DNA of 64,000 nucleotides. Origin: a virus (lineage: Duplodnaviria; Caudoviricetes). Below are positions 18,988-29,228 of this stretch, in pieces; positions within the stretch are counted from its first letter, which is position 1, and every line of letters starts with the position of its first letter. The stretch is from IMG/VR virus record IMGVR_UViG_3300025015_000027, positions 3,186 to 67,185 of that record; one strand, given 5' to 3'. The notes under the pieces were generated by a model, which did not search any database, was not told the origin of the DNA, and was given only the letters and a program-made list of their open reading frames with translations. The translations under genes were made by a program, and so were the position numbers.

Positions 18988-20988
18988 TCATAATTTTATT
19001 AACGGAGTTTTCTGAAACGGTCTATCCCAGAATTTATCACGATAGGGAGAATATGGGAGTTTCGTCTTATCTCTTCCTATTATCTTAAAATATTCCTGTT
19101 TTAATATCAATAAATAAGACATCGCTCTTATTCTGTCAAAGTTTCCCTTGGGACTCCAGTGTAATAACTCTTTTAATAAACCGGGGGATTGTATTTTATA
19201 TGTGTTTAAGATATCCTTTTCTACCGGATTATGCGCCAAAAGATATTGTTTCAACAACTGTAGTCCCCAGTTAATTACCGCCGGCGTTCCGGGCGTTCCA
19301 TATTTTCTTCCGCTGACCTCCTGGCTGATAACATCTTTTTCCAAAAGGATTTCGGGCGTTTCCGAAAGAAGATGCAGATAACCATTATTATAACAATAGT
19401 CATATAATCCCTTTATATCATTTTCGTAATTACATAATGCCCTGTAATATGCTAACAATTTTACCGCATTATCATAAAATTCAAAGGTGGTAGATGGACG
19501 TCCGGTATATTCAGCGACAATCCTTTCATTTAAAACGTTCATAATGAAAACACTGCCCACGCTATCCGTGAATGAATCATCTTGTCCATAAGGATCGCAT
19601 CCGGCTATGTATATGCCACGCGGTATCTCGCCGCTATCATTGCGATATGGCATCTCATAAATCACCACACATCCTTCTATGTCGTTATCTTTTATGGGAT
19701 ATGATTCAAGAGGAACCATGCTATTATCTATCTTCCACATCACATCTCCGTCTTTACCGGTAAATAATTTTCCCACCCACCACGCATTACGGTATTTGTC
19801 GTGATTTATCTCCAGCTCCGCTAATCGTTCACGGATTTCCGAAACTGGAAATATGGTGGCGGTCTGCTTTAAAAACGCTTCCCTTGGCTCAAATGGATTT
19901 TCTGCAATATATTGTAAAACAGTTTTATTGCTTTTTGACTTTAACCGCAAATCCTCCCTTACCTTTTCCTCTATCTTTTTGGAAGTAATGAAATCCGAAT
20001 TACCGTCTTTATCATAATATCCCTCGTAATTCATCTGCGATGGAAAAAAGAATCCACACCTGCTGTCCGCTCCGGCAATTTTATCCCAGGTGTTTGGAAT
20101 AGAATATATGTTATAACTGTCGGGATAATAAAAAAGCTCTTCTAACCCCTCCAGATCCTCATACTCTTCTCCGCCAGTTCCAAAGGATAAAATTAAACCA
20201 AAGGTGATTTTTCCTTGTTCCATGCCAGACCTTGCAATAGATACCAGTTTTGTAATATCCGAAAGATTACCTCCCTCTTCTATTACCAACAGTTTTCCAC
20301 GTTTACCCCTGATTTGATCTACGTCCTTATCTACCGACATCCCTATGATTTCGGATTTATACCCTTTTTCCTTCACAACGCCATTTTCCATTATTTTATA
20401 AGACGCCTTTTTATGAATGATGGTATCCTTAAACTGCCTGAGTTTAGACCACGGCGTGTTTCCATCTACAAAGCTCATTATTTCCCATGCCTTATTAAGA
20501 ACACCATCTTCTATGAGGTATTTTTTATCGGATGCCACATAAAACGATTTGGAACCTGGAATGCAATAATAATTCCTCAATCCCATGGACGCGCTCTTAA
20601 ATGAAAATCCCCTGCCGCGGCATTTAACACATACGGCATGTTTACCGACCTTCTCCGCCTCATCAAGATAATGAAAAAACTTATAGTCGCCATCCCAAAA
20701 AAGGGGAAAATCATTAATTCTGTTACCGATAATTTTACTCCCATCTTCCCCCATCTTGTCTTTTTCATATTCCAGTATCCATATAGGTGAAAAGTTAAGA
20801 TAAAAATAATGATAACCGGTAATGTAATCCCCACCCGCACTATATCCCTCCATGCATCTCCTTCTCTGTTCTTTCCAAAAAAGCATATATTGGCTTTTCG
20901 CGTGATTATTCGGCGGATAATTACAGTATTTTTTAAATTCTTTAAAATGTAATGCCACCTCCCTGAAATTTTCGGTATTCGTTAACAT
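18988..20988 (-). CDS. terL: Terminase large subunit
   Basis: crAss-type Walker A KCRGRGFSFK, Walker B VIEEGG, nuclease motif IAGCDPY and GNFDRI. Confidence 0.92.
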   Translation of the reverse strand: MLTNTENFREVALHFKEFKKYCNYPPNNHAKSQYMLFWKEQRRRCMEGYSAGGDYITGYHYFYLNFSPIWILEYEKDKMGEDGSKIIGNRINDFPLFWDGDYKFFHYLDEAEKVGKHAVCVKCRGRGFSFKSASMGLRNYYCIPGSKSFYVASDKKYLIEDGVLNKAWEIMSFVDGNTPWSKLRQFKDTIIHKKASYKIMENGVVKEKGYKSEIIGMSVDKDVDQIRGKRGKLLVIEEGGNLSDITKLVSIARSGMEQGKITFGLILSFGTGGEEYEDLEGLEELFYYPDSYNIYSIPNTWDKIAGADSRCGFFFPSQMNYEGYYDKDGNSDFITSKKIEEKVREDLRLKSKSNKTVLQYIAENPFEPREAFLKQTATIFPVSEIRERLAELEINHDKYRNAWWVGKLFTGKDGDVMWKIDNSMVPLESYPIKDNDIEGCVVIYEMPYRNDSGEIPRGIYIAGCDPYGQDDSFTDSVGSVFIMNVLNERIVAEYTGRPSTTFEFYDNAVKLLAYYRALCNYENDIKGLYDYCYNNGYLHLLSETPEILLEKDVISQEVSGRKYGTPGTPAVINWGLQLLKQYLLAHNPVEKDILNTYKIQSPGLLKELLHWSPKGNFDRIRAMSYLLILKQEYFKIIGRDKTKLPYSPYRDKFWDRPFQKTPLIKL

Positions 20989-21776
20989 GGCATTATCATT
21001 TGTTTAATATGTCCGTCCATCCTTTTATCTATAAGAGCACAATATTCCTCACTCACCTCGCTGCCCAACCATTTCCTGTTAAGCAGATGCGCCATCTTTA
21101 ATGTTGTCCCGCTGCCGGCAAAAGGATCGTAAACCAAGTCCCCCTCGTTGCTCCACGTCTTAATATGGTCGGCGGCAAGTTTTTCTGGCATGATGGCGGG
21201 ATGCTCATACGCCACATCATCTGTCGCTGAATATCCATAACCGGTATTATACCGCCATATATTAAACCTAAGCCCAAAGGGAGTGAAATTATTATCCCTT
21301 TCATGTTTCAGGCTGCCGTCTTTCTGCCTTCTTGTCGGCTTTCCAAAACGCTGAGTCCACCGGTTTTTCCTGTCTTTTATCCCATTAAATGCATTGGGGG
21401 TTCCTTTTGATAAAATAAACATATATTCCACAACATTATGATAACGGTTATTGGAAGGAGCGCTCATGCCAGCCTTTTCATAAAACATGGTATCATGCAA
21501 TCTAAAACCAACGTCTATAAAATGTAATGCCTGGCGGAAAGAAGTGCCGGTCTCGCTGCCGTTTTTTGTAGCATCGCCAACTACCCAAACCACCACACCG
21601 CCATCTTTGGTTACCCGAAAAAGCTCACCGGCTATCCGCTCAAAGTCGAAGTCGTAACCACAATACGATCTTAAATTATCATAGGGGGGAGACGTAACCG
21701 TTAGGTCAACAAAATCATCCTCCATCCTCCCCATTAATTCCAGACATCCCAAATTATAATTTTTATTAGTTTCCAT
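20982..21776 (-). CDS. DNA methyltransferase, N4-C/N6-A (beta class)
   Basis: Catalytic TSPPY near the N-terminus, HPAIMP, and SAM-binding DPFAGSGTT near the C-terminus. Confidence 0.9.
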   Translation of the reverse strand: METNKNYNLGCLELMGRMEDDFVDLTVTSPPYDNLRSYCGYDFDFERIAGELFRVTKDGGVVVWVVGDATKNGSETGTSFRQALHFIDVGFRLHDTMFYEKAGMSAPSNNRYHNVVEYMFILSKGTPNAFNGIKDRKNRWTQRFGKPTRRQKDGSLKHERDNNFTPFGLRFNIWRYNTGYGYSATDDVAYEHPAIMPEKLAADHIKTWSNEGDLVYDPFAGSGTTLKMAHLLNRKWLGSEVSEEYCALIDKRMDGHIKQMIMPC

Positions 21777-21834
21777 CTGTCAGATAATAACAATATTTTT
21801 TAAATTCCTTAAAATACAATAGTGACACTTTCGC

Positions 21835-22032
21835 CTATTTTTCTTTTATTGTCCAAAATACCGGATCGTCATCAAATGGATTTTTACCATGAAGATGAGC
21901 GAATCCATTTAAAAAGTGATTATGGGCATCCCATTTCTCCGCTTGCTCTCCTTCTAATAACATAATTCTTTCTGTCTCACCGCGACTATATGTTAAAATA
22001 ATACTTTTGAGAACATATTTCTCCTTTCCCAT
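21835..22032 (-). CDS. Hypothetical protein
   Basis: 65-aa ORF in a co-oriented, tightly packed run. Confidence 0.5.
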   Translation of the reverse strand: MGKEKYVLKSIILTYSRGETERIMLLEGEQAEKWDAHNHFLNGFAHLHGKNPFDDDPVFWTIKEK

Positions 22033-22034
22033 GT

Positions 22035-22730
22035 TTAATTATAGTTAATTTTATTTTTTGTTTTTTGAAATACCAGATAATAACAATGAAATTTTCTGGC
22101 ATGTTGTTGTTTACGGTTGTCCGTCATTCTGTTTTTTGAAAGCAATATAAACATATCCTTTGGATAATATCCTATTTTAATAGCCTCATTGATTATCCAA
22201 TAATGGGTAAGATACTGCTTGCCGCCACTTACCGAATCCTGACATTTAAAAACAACTATTCCATCTTTTTTAAGGATTCTGTAAAATTCCTTAAGGCTAC
22301 CTGAATACATTTCCCTCAACTCATCAAAATTTTTAAATTGCATAAATCTTTTAGCGATAATGCAACTGCCATCTTTTGTTTCTTTAAATGTCTCCCCGCC
22401 CATTAAAAAGGGAGGATCAAACATTATGACCCGGCAACTTTCATCCCCCAATGGCAAATGAAGGGATGACGCACAAACCACGTCAGGAAGGACAGGAAAC
22501 CTGTCAAACTTATATCTCGGCTGCGTGATTCCATGCTTATAAAAGTTACCAATGGAATATGTCGGGTCGCAATCAATACCGGAACCACCGGCATGTAAAT
22601 ATAATATATTTCCAATTATTTCCTGTTCATCAAAACTTATAGATGAGATAATCATTTTTCCAAACAGGTTGTTTGTCGTATGGTATTTCATCCCCAAACG
22701 ATGCCGGTTCCACCACATGTCCTGCAACAT
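22035..22730 (-). CDS. DNA N6-adenine methyltransferase-like (true start probably later)
   Basis: IDCDPTYSIGNFY (motif I variant) and MFDPPF catalytic motif. Confidence 0.75.
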   Translation of the reverse strand: MLQDMWWNRHRLGMKYHTTNNLFGKMIISSISFDEQEIIGNILYLHAGGSGIDCDPTYSIGNFYKHGITQPRYKFDRFPVLPDVVCASSLHLPLGDESCRVIMFDPPFLMGGETFKETKDGSCIIAKRFMQFKNFDELREMYSGSLKEFYRILKKDGIVVFKCQDSVSGGKQYLTHYWIINEAIKIGYYPKDMFILLSKNRMTDNRKQQHARKFHCYYLVFQKTKNKINYN

Positions 22731-22897
22731 TCAGACGTGGTAGGTACGATTGTATCTAACATATAACGTGAATAATAGAATCCAGTTTGAACTAAACCAT
22801 TTCCTTCGCAAACCGGACATTTATATGGCTTATTAAGGTTAACCCGTTTATCTATTTCTGTTGTAATGGGCATCCCGTGAATTTTATTGTTTTCCAT
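22688..22897 (-). CDS. Small zinc-finger protein
   Basis: CPVCEGNG...CRTCGGTG (DnaJ-type CxxCxGxG repeats). Confidence 0.6.
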   Translation of the reverse strand: MENNKIHGMPITTEIDKRVNLNKPYKCPVCEGNGLVQTGFYYSRYMLDTIVPTTSECCRTCGGTGIVWG

Positions 22898-23165
22898 GTA
22901 ATTTAATGAATTTTAAATGTTTATTTTTAAGCATTTCCCTAAATTCCTTTTTGTCTCCATATTTCACATGTTCTTCCCTTGTGAGAGCCATGAGATTTTC
23001 CATTCCATTCACATCTTCTCCGCCCTTGGTTTTTCCCCCTCCTCCCATTCCCCTCCTTTCAATGTGATGTACATCATTTGCCGGCATGGCGGATAGTTCC
23101 GATGGAATAAAATCATTCTCATCATACCCGAAAAAATCAATATATTTCTTTATGTGTTCTTTCAT
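22884..23165 (-). CDS. HNH-like endonuclease
   Basis: DVHHIERRGMGG...NLMALTREEH, an HNH variant common near phage terminases. Confidence 0.7.
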   Translation of the reverse strand: MKEHIKKYIDFFGYDENDFIPSELSAMPANDVHHIERRGMGGGGKTKGGEDVNGMENLMALTREEHVKYGDKKEFREMLKNKHLKFIKLHGKQ

Positions 23166-23707
23166 GCCATATCCGGATCTTCAAATATCCCCTTATTTAC
23201 ACCTCCGCGAATACGACTATCGCCAATTTCATCTACATCTACTTCTTTTTCCAATTCTTTGACACTCCTGAACACCGACGCCAGCTCTTTTAAATTGGAA
23301 ATCATTTCCTTGGACGAATAAGTAAGTTTCCCGTTTTTATCCTTTTCATTGAGGTTTGCATTTTTAAAATAATCCCTTAACTTATCCAGAGCATCATAAG
23401 CATCCTCTAATAGTCTGGCGGCTTTGCCCTTTGATAATTCACGATATTTGACACATGCCGCAGTAATGTCTTTATCCACTTTGATTCCAACCAGAATATC
23501 CTTCCTTACCATTCCTTCCCTGTCTTCCATGGAATAAGAATTATATGGACTTTTTATATCGCAAAGATGAAACACATAACATAGTTTTAAATATGCGACA
23601 TCCTTTGCATTTGTATCATCTTCATCCCATATCTTTTTAAATTCCTTAATCGCCAGTGTTTCCGGCTTAAAAGATATGGTATTTACATTAAATTCAAATA
23701 GTGTCAT
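23162..23707 (-). CDS. Conserved Crassvirales protein, putative terminase small subunit
   Basis: Motif pattern LAIKEFKKIWD.D...A...L.YVF....KSPY, located upstream of terL. Function inferred. Confidence 0.5.
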   Translation of the reverse strand: MTLFEFNVNTISFKPETLAIKEFKKIWDEDDTNAKDVAYLKLCYVFHLCDIKSPYNSYSMEDREGMVRKDILVGIKVDKDITAACVKYRELSKGKAARLLEDAYDALDKLRDYFKNANLNEKDKNGKLTYSSKEMISNLKELASVFRSVKELEKEVDVDEIGDSRIRGGVNKGIFEDPDMA

Positions 23708-23907
23708 AATTCGTATGAATTTGTAGTATGGTTTAACTTGGGTAATATTTTTTTTACTTTGCTTTCATGGTATAATTTGGCATATTTTTTCATAGCATCT
23801 ATAGCGGCTGCTTCATTGAAGTCAATCACGCCCAAAAAACATTCCCGTAAAACCGATTTTGCACTTCTCATTGGTTTTGTCAATTTCCTTTTTTCTTCGT
23901 CTATCAT
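23704..23907 (-). CDS. Hypothetical protein
   Basis: 67-aa ORF overlapping its neighbour by 4 nt. Confidence 0.45.
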   Translation of the reverse strand: MIDEEKRKLTKPMRSAKSVLRECFLGVIDFNEAAAIDAMKKYAKLYHESKVKKILPKLNHTTNSYEL

Positions 23908-23943
23908 AATAAGAGTATTTTATAATTGTTTCTGTCCCCGATA

Positions 23944-24171
23944 TTACCATCTCCCTATTGGACAATGTTTATCAAAATCATATAATAAAGCGGGAAATTT
24001 ACACCCGCATTTGCTGCACTTTTTATTTTTTAAATATATACATTTCTCACATTTATTAGCCCTGTCCATGATGATACACTTCTGCTCACCTGTAAACCAA
24101 TATGGCATAAAAGACAACAGGTAATTAAGATTGCCCCTTACATAACTTTTTACATCTTTTTGCGTTATCAT
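23944..24171 (-). CDS. Cys-rich small protein (DUF6171-like)
   Basis: CEKC...CSKCGC...KHCPIGRW. Confidence 0.6.
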   Translation of the reverse strand: MITQKDVKSYVRGNLNYLLSFMPYWFTGEQKCIIMDRANKCEKCIYLKNKKCSKCGCKFPALLYDFDKHCPIGRW

Positions 24172-24470
24172 ACCCTTAGTTTTCTTCCGGCTTCTATATC
24201 CGTCCTCATGGAATCAAGTACGTACCTTGCCTTTTTTCCTATATTTTTTGATGTCTTGGGAACAATCCTTCCGAACCTTCCTACCCTGATAATTACCGGA
24301 TGAGCAAATTTGCCATCATCCCCCAACGACCCCAACGTAAGCAAATATACTGCGTGCATATAAGATAAGAATACATGATGGATAATGTCCCTTTTTATTC
24401 CCGTGTCTGCGGACAACTTATCATATATTTCAAACTTTTTGACTTCTGTCATCCCCTTCATAAATCTCAA
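24168..24470 (-). CDS. HU/IHF-like DNA-binding protein
   Basis: Helical N-terminus (EIYDKLSADTGIKRDII) followed by IRVGRFGRI beta-arm motif. Confidence 0.55.
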   Translation of the reverse strand: MRFMKGMTEVKKFEIYDKLSADTGIKRDIIHHVFLSYMHAVYLLTLGSLGDDGKFAHPVIIRVGRFGRIVPKTSKNIGKKARYVLDSMRTDIEAGRKLRV

Positions 24471-24792
24471 AATTAATTGTAAATGGAACCTTATAGGATA
24501 CTGAATGTTTTTGGTTCAGCATACTGGATTGCCCATCCCCAACCACTATCCCCCGATAACGCAAAGAACAGATACAGTTATTTAGGCTGGATATTGACAT
24601 GTTACACCTTGTGGATATGTCCCTCCTTATCTCATGGGATATAAAACAACCCCTTTTGCTATTGTTGTGATAAAGAAGCCACATGAATATTTCTGCCTCC
24701 CTTCCCCTTAAATGCAGGATGCCCTGGAAAACTTCCACGTACCTTCTGAAAAAGTTCTCCACACCCGTTATCCTGATGATTATTCTTTTCAT
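24430..24792 (-). CDS. Winged-helix (RepL-like) DNA-binding protein
   Basis: LRGREAEIFMWL...RRDISTRCNMSISSLNNCICSLRYRGIV HTH pattern. Confidence 0.6.
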   Translation of the reverse strand: MKRIIIRITGVENFFRRYVEVFQGILHLRGREAEIFMWLLYHNNSKRGCFISHEIRRDISTRCNMSISSLNNCICSLRYRGIVVGDGQSSMLNQKHSVSYKVPFTINFEIYEGDDRSQKV

Positions 24793-24859
24793 ATAAATTT
24801 CTGCATATTATTTATATAATAATAACTTTAGTTATTATATATTACCAGATAATGTTGAT

Positions 24860-25132
24860 TTATTTACCTTTCGTCCCATATCCTATGGTTTTTTTACCAA
24901 TCAAAACATCGCTCATGTTTTTATAGGTGCCGGCAACTATAAAATCTCCCACGTCTTTAATGTATATTTTATACCTGTCCCGTATTAATTTGTTGTTATC
25001 GTCAAATACTTCACCAACATATATTATATCATCGGTATTTATGACCAATCTGGAGATAATATCGCCATTGGAGTTTTTGTCCCTTTTGTTTTTAATGGAG
25101 GACTTGAATATGCCGGTAAATTCACGATACAT
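24860..25132 (-). CDS. Hypothetical protein
   Basis: 90-aa ORF, co-oriented with SSB. Confidence 0.55.
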   Translation of the reverse strand: MYREFTGIFKSSIKNKRDKNSNGDIISRLVINTDDIIYVGEVFDDNNKLIRDRYKIYIKDVGDFIVAGTYKNMSDVLIGKKTIGYGTKGK

Positions 25133-25134
25133 GA

Positions 25135-25515
25135 TTAAAAGGGTAAATCGGTGGATACTGCGTCAGCCGCTTCCTGCCCTATTTGACCATGTGCTTTTAT
25201 CTCGGTTGCGACAATCTCGGTTATGTATTTGGTGATGCCGCCATTTTTGTCATCTTTCCATGTTCTGTATTGAACACTTCCGGTTACATCAACCCATTGG
25301 TCTTTTTCTACAAATTTCCTTACATATTCAGCTACTACATCCCAAGCTACTACCCTATGCTTATATACCCTCTTTCCCTCACCACTGTCTATGCTTTCAC
25401 CGGTGTTCATGTCAAATGAAGCCCTTACTGACTTCCTTTTGGAAAATTCATATTCGGCTACTTTGGGCGTGGAAACTACCGGCCCAGTTAATGTTATTGT
25501 GTTTTGTGTTTTCAT
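25135..25515 (-). CDS. ssb: Single-stranded DNA-binding protein (bacterial type)
   Basis: OB-fold motifs HRVVAW, VDVTGSVQYRTW and TEIVATEI, with acidic tail ending DLPF. Confidence 0.85.
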   Translation of the reverse strand: MKTQNTITLTGPVVSTPKVAEYEFSKRKSVRASFDMNTGESIDSGEGKRVYKHRVVAWDVVAEYVRKFVEKDQWVDVTGSVQYRTWKDDKNGGITKYITEIVATEIKAHGQIGQEAADAVSTDLPF

Positions 25516-25541
25516 AAATGTATGCGTTTATAATTTAACTG

Positions 25542-25571
25542 CAAAGATACTAACTTTTTTTGTTATGTCAA
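25542..25571 (-). promoter_or_regulatory. Bacteroidota sigma-A promoter at the head of the late block
   Basis: TTGACA (25571-25566) and TATCTTTG (25549-25542) upstream of ssb. Confidence 0.7.
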
Positions 25572-26249
25572 GTGTTTTATAATAAATTTTGTTACTTTTA
25601 ATCAAATTTTAATCTCCGTGCTTTATGATCACTAGTACTAGTATTATATATTATATTGGCCCGCGATAAGGCCACACCGATCATAGTTCCTAATATCTAC
25701 ATGGTTCTAGATCTAAGTAGTTACTGAACAATTAGTAGTTATTTATTTTTATAGTAATCAATAATAAAAGAATAATTGTATTTATTGTAGCTAATATATA
25801 ATATGGTACTATTATATATATCGTTCTAAGACCAATATAGTACCTATTATCTAAAGCTGTGCTAAAATTAAAAAAATGCGATATGGGCGATGATCTTGGG
25901 AAAGACGTACAAATACCCTCCTACCCCGCCGAAGTGATGCCAGAAGCCCCTTAAAATGCGTACAATGCCGTGATAAACCTTGTCTAACTTCTTCCAAGGT
26001 AAATTGGTAAATGTATATGCTTTCTATCTTACCCACTATCACCATCTAATAACTCCTCACATATTACCCGTTATGTAATAAAAAATGTTATTACCCCAAT
26101 GCCACACAAAGGGTTGTTGCCAAAATGAAACTATCCCCATATATGCCATGAATTGAAAACCACCCTAATATAACCCGTGGGGGTATGACGGAGATGGGAA
26201 ACCCGTGCAATAAGCCGGGGGGGTCTCCAAATTAACAATCCTTTTATTT

Positions 26250-26837
26250 ATGAATAACGTTATCATCAGCAGGGTGCGGTCCAGTAGGACGAAACCCTGC
26301 CTAATAGTAGAGTTTACCGAGGCGAAGAGATCGCCTGATGACATGGTGGCAATCGCCTATGAATTACCCCGCAGAGGACTCCGGGCATGGACTCCAACAA
26401 CATTTAAGATGGCCGAGGAGGTCTTTGGCATGAATCTGAAAGACCTTAAAATTAAACGCCAGATTGAAGGACAACCCTTGAACTGGACGATTATCAACAA
26501 GGAATGTCCCAAAATTGACGGACGTAACGTCCATCTAAGGATTATCGAAAGAACATCACCCACGAAGTTCCATAAGTCCCGCGGTATTGCAGCCATCAAG
26601 CAAATTCCAGGCGATGGACTGCGGAAAACAGAGTACTTCGTTACAAAAGTTAATGGCGAAGAATCCCCCATCTATCGCGAAGTGAGAGCCGGCCTCTATG
26701 ATGACGGGGAAATACCCAAAAACGACCTCATCCAAGGGTATCGCGTAACCGAATTGCAACAACCAGTTGCCGAACCCACCCTCGAAACTGCCGCAGCACC
26801 AACAGAAGAGGAAACTATCAACTCCTTCACCAGCTAA
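26250..26837 (+). CDS. Hypothetical protein, first gene of the plus-strand block
   Basis: 195 aa, more GC-rich than the flanks, with a structured leader and its own terminator. Confidence 0.75.
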   Translation: MNNVIISRVRSSRTKPCLIVEFTEAKRSPDDMVAIAYELPRRGLRAWTPTTFKMAEEVFGMNLKDLKIKRQIEGQPLNWTIINKECPKIDGRNVHLRIIERTSPTKFHKSRGIAAIKQIPGDGLRKTEYFVTKVNGEESPIYREVRAGLYDDGEIPKNDLIQGYRVTELQQPVAEPTLETAAAPTEEETINSFTS

Positions 26838-26842
26838 TAACC

Positions 26843-26871
26843 GGGGGAGAACCACAATCTCCCCCCTTTTT
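26843..26871 (+). terminator. Rho-independent terminator
   Basis: GGGGGAGA-ACCACAA-TCTCCCCC followed by CTTTTT, directly after the stop. Confidence 0.8.
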
Positions 26872-27070
26872 AATCTTCTAACCTGAAATTTACAGCCCAT
26901 TGGAAATATCCAAAGAAATCAATGGTTTGATATGGAAATATAAATAATATCCCTCACAATAAACGCCACTAATAGATAACATTTAACCCCAAAAATCCAA
27001 CTTACTTAAATATTCCATAACAAACAAGATATCAGAATCCATAATGACATCAAAATAAAACAAAAATCAA

Positions 27071-29197
27071 ATGATAGAATTTAACAAAAAAATCCAAACA
27101 AAATTTACAGAACTATCAAAGACTGGTAAACTATTTAGAATAGAATTAACAAATCAACAAATTTGGGATTTATATTTAAGTTCTTTTTCCAAAAAAAATA
27201 ATCCAATTTTCCGTGATCCAAACAGCACTTCAAAAAACTGCACCCATTGCAAAAACTTCATTCACAAATACGGAAACATTGTATCGGTAGATGAAAATTA
27301 CAATATAGATACAATGTTTAATATAACTATTAACGATGAATTTAAAAACACCACAAAAGTCTTATCCGATGCAATAAAAACATCAAAGATTACAGAAGTA
27401 TTTTTAGAAACATTTAATAACCTGAATTCATTACCTTATGAATCATGCAATAAATCAAACAAGGTTTTTCAATTAGGTGTTGCAAATAATCTAAAACGAT
27501 ATACGAAAGAAGAATCTGAAAAATTTGGAGTTGTAAAACCAAACGAAATAAGAATATTCAATCACATACACTTGTTTCTTGAAAAAGATTTTGTTGATAC
27601 GTCGGGCAACTCTGTTGAATCCTTAATGGGAAACTACCGTGATGCAAAAAATGTTTTTCAAAGAACAATGGAAACAATTTCTTTAGACACATTAAAATTG
27701 GTTAAAGATTTAATCAACCAAGGTTCTTTACTTGACGGTGCAACACACCTGTATAAAATTGAGCAAATAATTCCATTAAAAGAAGAATACGACAACTTAC
27801 TCACAAAACAAAAAGATAACTGGTGTTGGGTAAAATCTTACAAATTACCATTTGCTAAATTCAAAAACGAATTGATTGGTGTTTTATGTTCTGAACTATC
27901 GGAAGGAAAAGAACTGAATAAAGCATGTCAATCATGGAACAAAAGAGTTGACCCCGCCAACTACATGAAAGTTACTGCTCCGATTACCAAAAAACAAATT
28001 GAAGAAACAAAACTATTTGTTGAAAAAAACAAATACACAGAATCTTTCAATAGAAGATTTGCAACCATTGATGATATTAAAGTCTCCGAAATTTTGCATT
28101 CAAATATTGGCAAAAAGGAAATAAAATCGGTATCAATTTTTGACGGAATAAAATCAACCCCAACAAGACACAAAAGAAACGAATTTGAGGGAGTAGAAGA
28201 AGTAACCATTGATAAGTTTATGAAAGACATACTGCCATCATGTTCATCGGTAGAAGTATTTTTAACAAACAACCAACAAGGCAATCTAGTGTCCTTAACA
28301 ACTGCCAACAATGTTGATTCAAAACCTATTTTTAAATGGAACAATAATTATTCATGGACTTTTAACGGCAACCTTGCCGGTAAATCTCAAATCAAAAAAG
28401 CAGTGAAAATAAGGGGCGGTAAAATTGATGGTGTTCTACGGTTCTCAATGATTTGGAATGAAGAAGGTTCTGATAATTCTGATTTAGACGCATGGTGTCA
28501 ACAACCAGACAAACAACAAATCGGATTTAACACCGGTTACAGAAAAGACAGAAACGATAACAAAAGTTCTTGTTCTGGACAACTCGATTTAGATAATACC
28601 CACCCAAACGAAAAATTGGCAGTAGAAAATATTTACTTTACTGACATTCATAAAATGAAAGACGGGGTTTACCATTTTTGGGTAAATCAATATAAGAACG
28701 TACGTTCTTTAGGATTTAAAGCCGAAATAGAATTTAATGATGAACTGTTTAATTACGAATACAACAAAACCGTACTGTATAATGTAATGGTCGCAGAAGT
28801 AACATTAAAAGATAAAAAGTTTACAATTAAACACATACTGCCTGAATCAACGATTGCTTCAAAAGAGATTTATGCACTTGAAACAAATCAATTTCATAAA
28901 GTAAACCTGATTTGCCTTTCTCCAAATCATTGGGGGGAAAACAATGTAGGCAATAAACATTATTTTTTTATGTTAGATGGTTGTAAATCACCTGTGTCAA
29001 TCAGGGGTTTTCATAATGAAAACTTATTATCTGAATTAGCACAGCACAGAATGGTTCTAGAAGTACTTGGAACAACTAATATGATTGAAACAACCGACAA
29101 ACAGTTATCAGGAATTGGTTTCAATGCAACTGTTCGGGATGAACTCATACTAAAACTACAGGGCACACATAAAAGAATAATCAAAATTAAATTTTAA
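27071..29197 (+). CDS. Large conserved phage protein with C-terminal YfaP/DUF2135-like domain
   Basis: N-terminal C-x2-C (CTHC) and LRFSMIW...DLDAWC...QLDLD...AVENIYF...YHFWVNQY. Confidence 0.6.
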   Translation: MIEFNKKIQTKFTELSKTGKLFRIELTNQQIWDLYLSSFSKKNNPIFRDPNSTSKNCTHCKNFIHKYGNIVSVDENYNIDTMFNITINDEFKNTTKVLSDAIKTSKITEVFLETFNNLNSLPYESCNKSNKVFQLGVANNLKRYTKEESEKFGVVKPNEIRIFNHIHLFLEKDFVDTSGNSVESLMGNYRDAKNVFQRTMETISLDTLKLVKDLINQGSLLDGATHLYKIEQIIPLKEEYDNLLTKQKDNWCWVKSYKLPFAKFKNELIGVLCSELSEGKELNKACQSWNKRVDPANYMKVTAPITKKQIEETKLFVEKNKYTESFNRRFATIDDIKVSEILHSNIGKKEIKSVSIFDGIKSTPTRHKRNEFEGVEEVTIDKFMKDILPSCSSVEVFLTNNQQGNLVSLTTANNVDSKPIFKWNNNYSWTFNGNLAGKSQIKKAVKIRGGKIDGVLRFSMIWNEEGSDNSDLDAWCQQPDKQQIGFNTGYRKDRNDNKSSCSGQLDLDNTHPNEKLAVENIYFTDIHKMKDGVYHFWVNQYKNVRSLGFKAEIEFNDELFNYEYNKTVLYNVMVAEVTLKDKKFTIKHILPESTIASKEIYALETNQFHKVNLICLSPNHWGENNVGNKHYFFMLDGCKSPVSIRGFHNENLLSELAQHRMVLEVLGTTNMIETTDKQLSGIGFNATVRDELILKLQGTHKRIIKIKF

Positions 29198-29228
29198 TTA
29201 AGTTAATCAACAATTAAATCAAAATCAA

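Noticed and set aside
25851-26045. 64-aa minus-strand ORF in the divergent region
   Set aside because: No recognisable motif and no coupling to neighbours; likely spurious.
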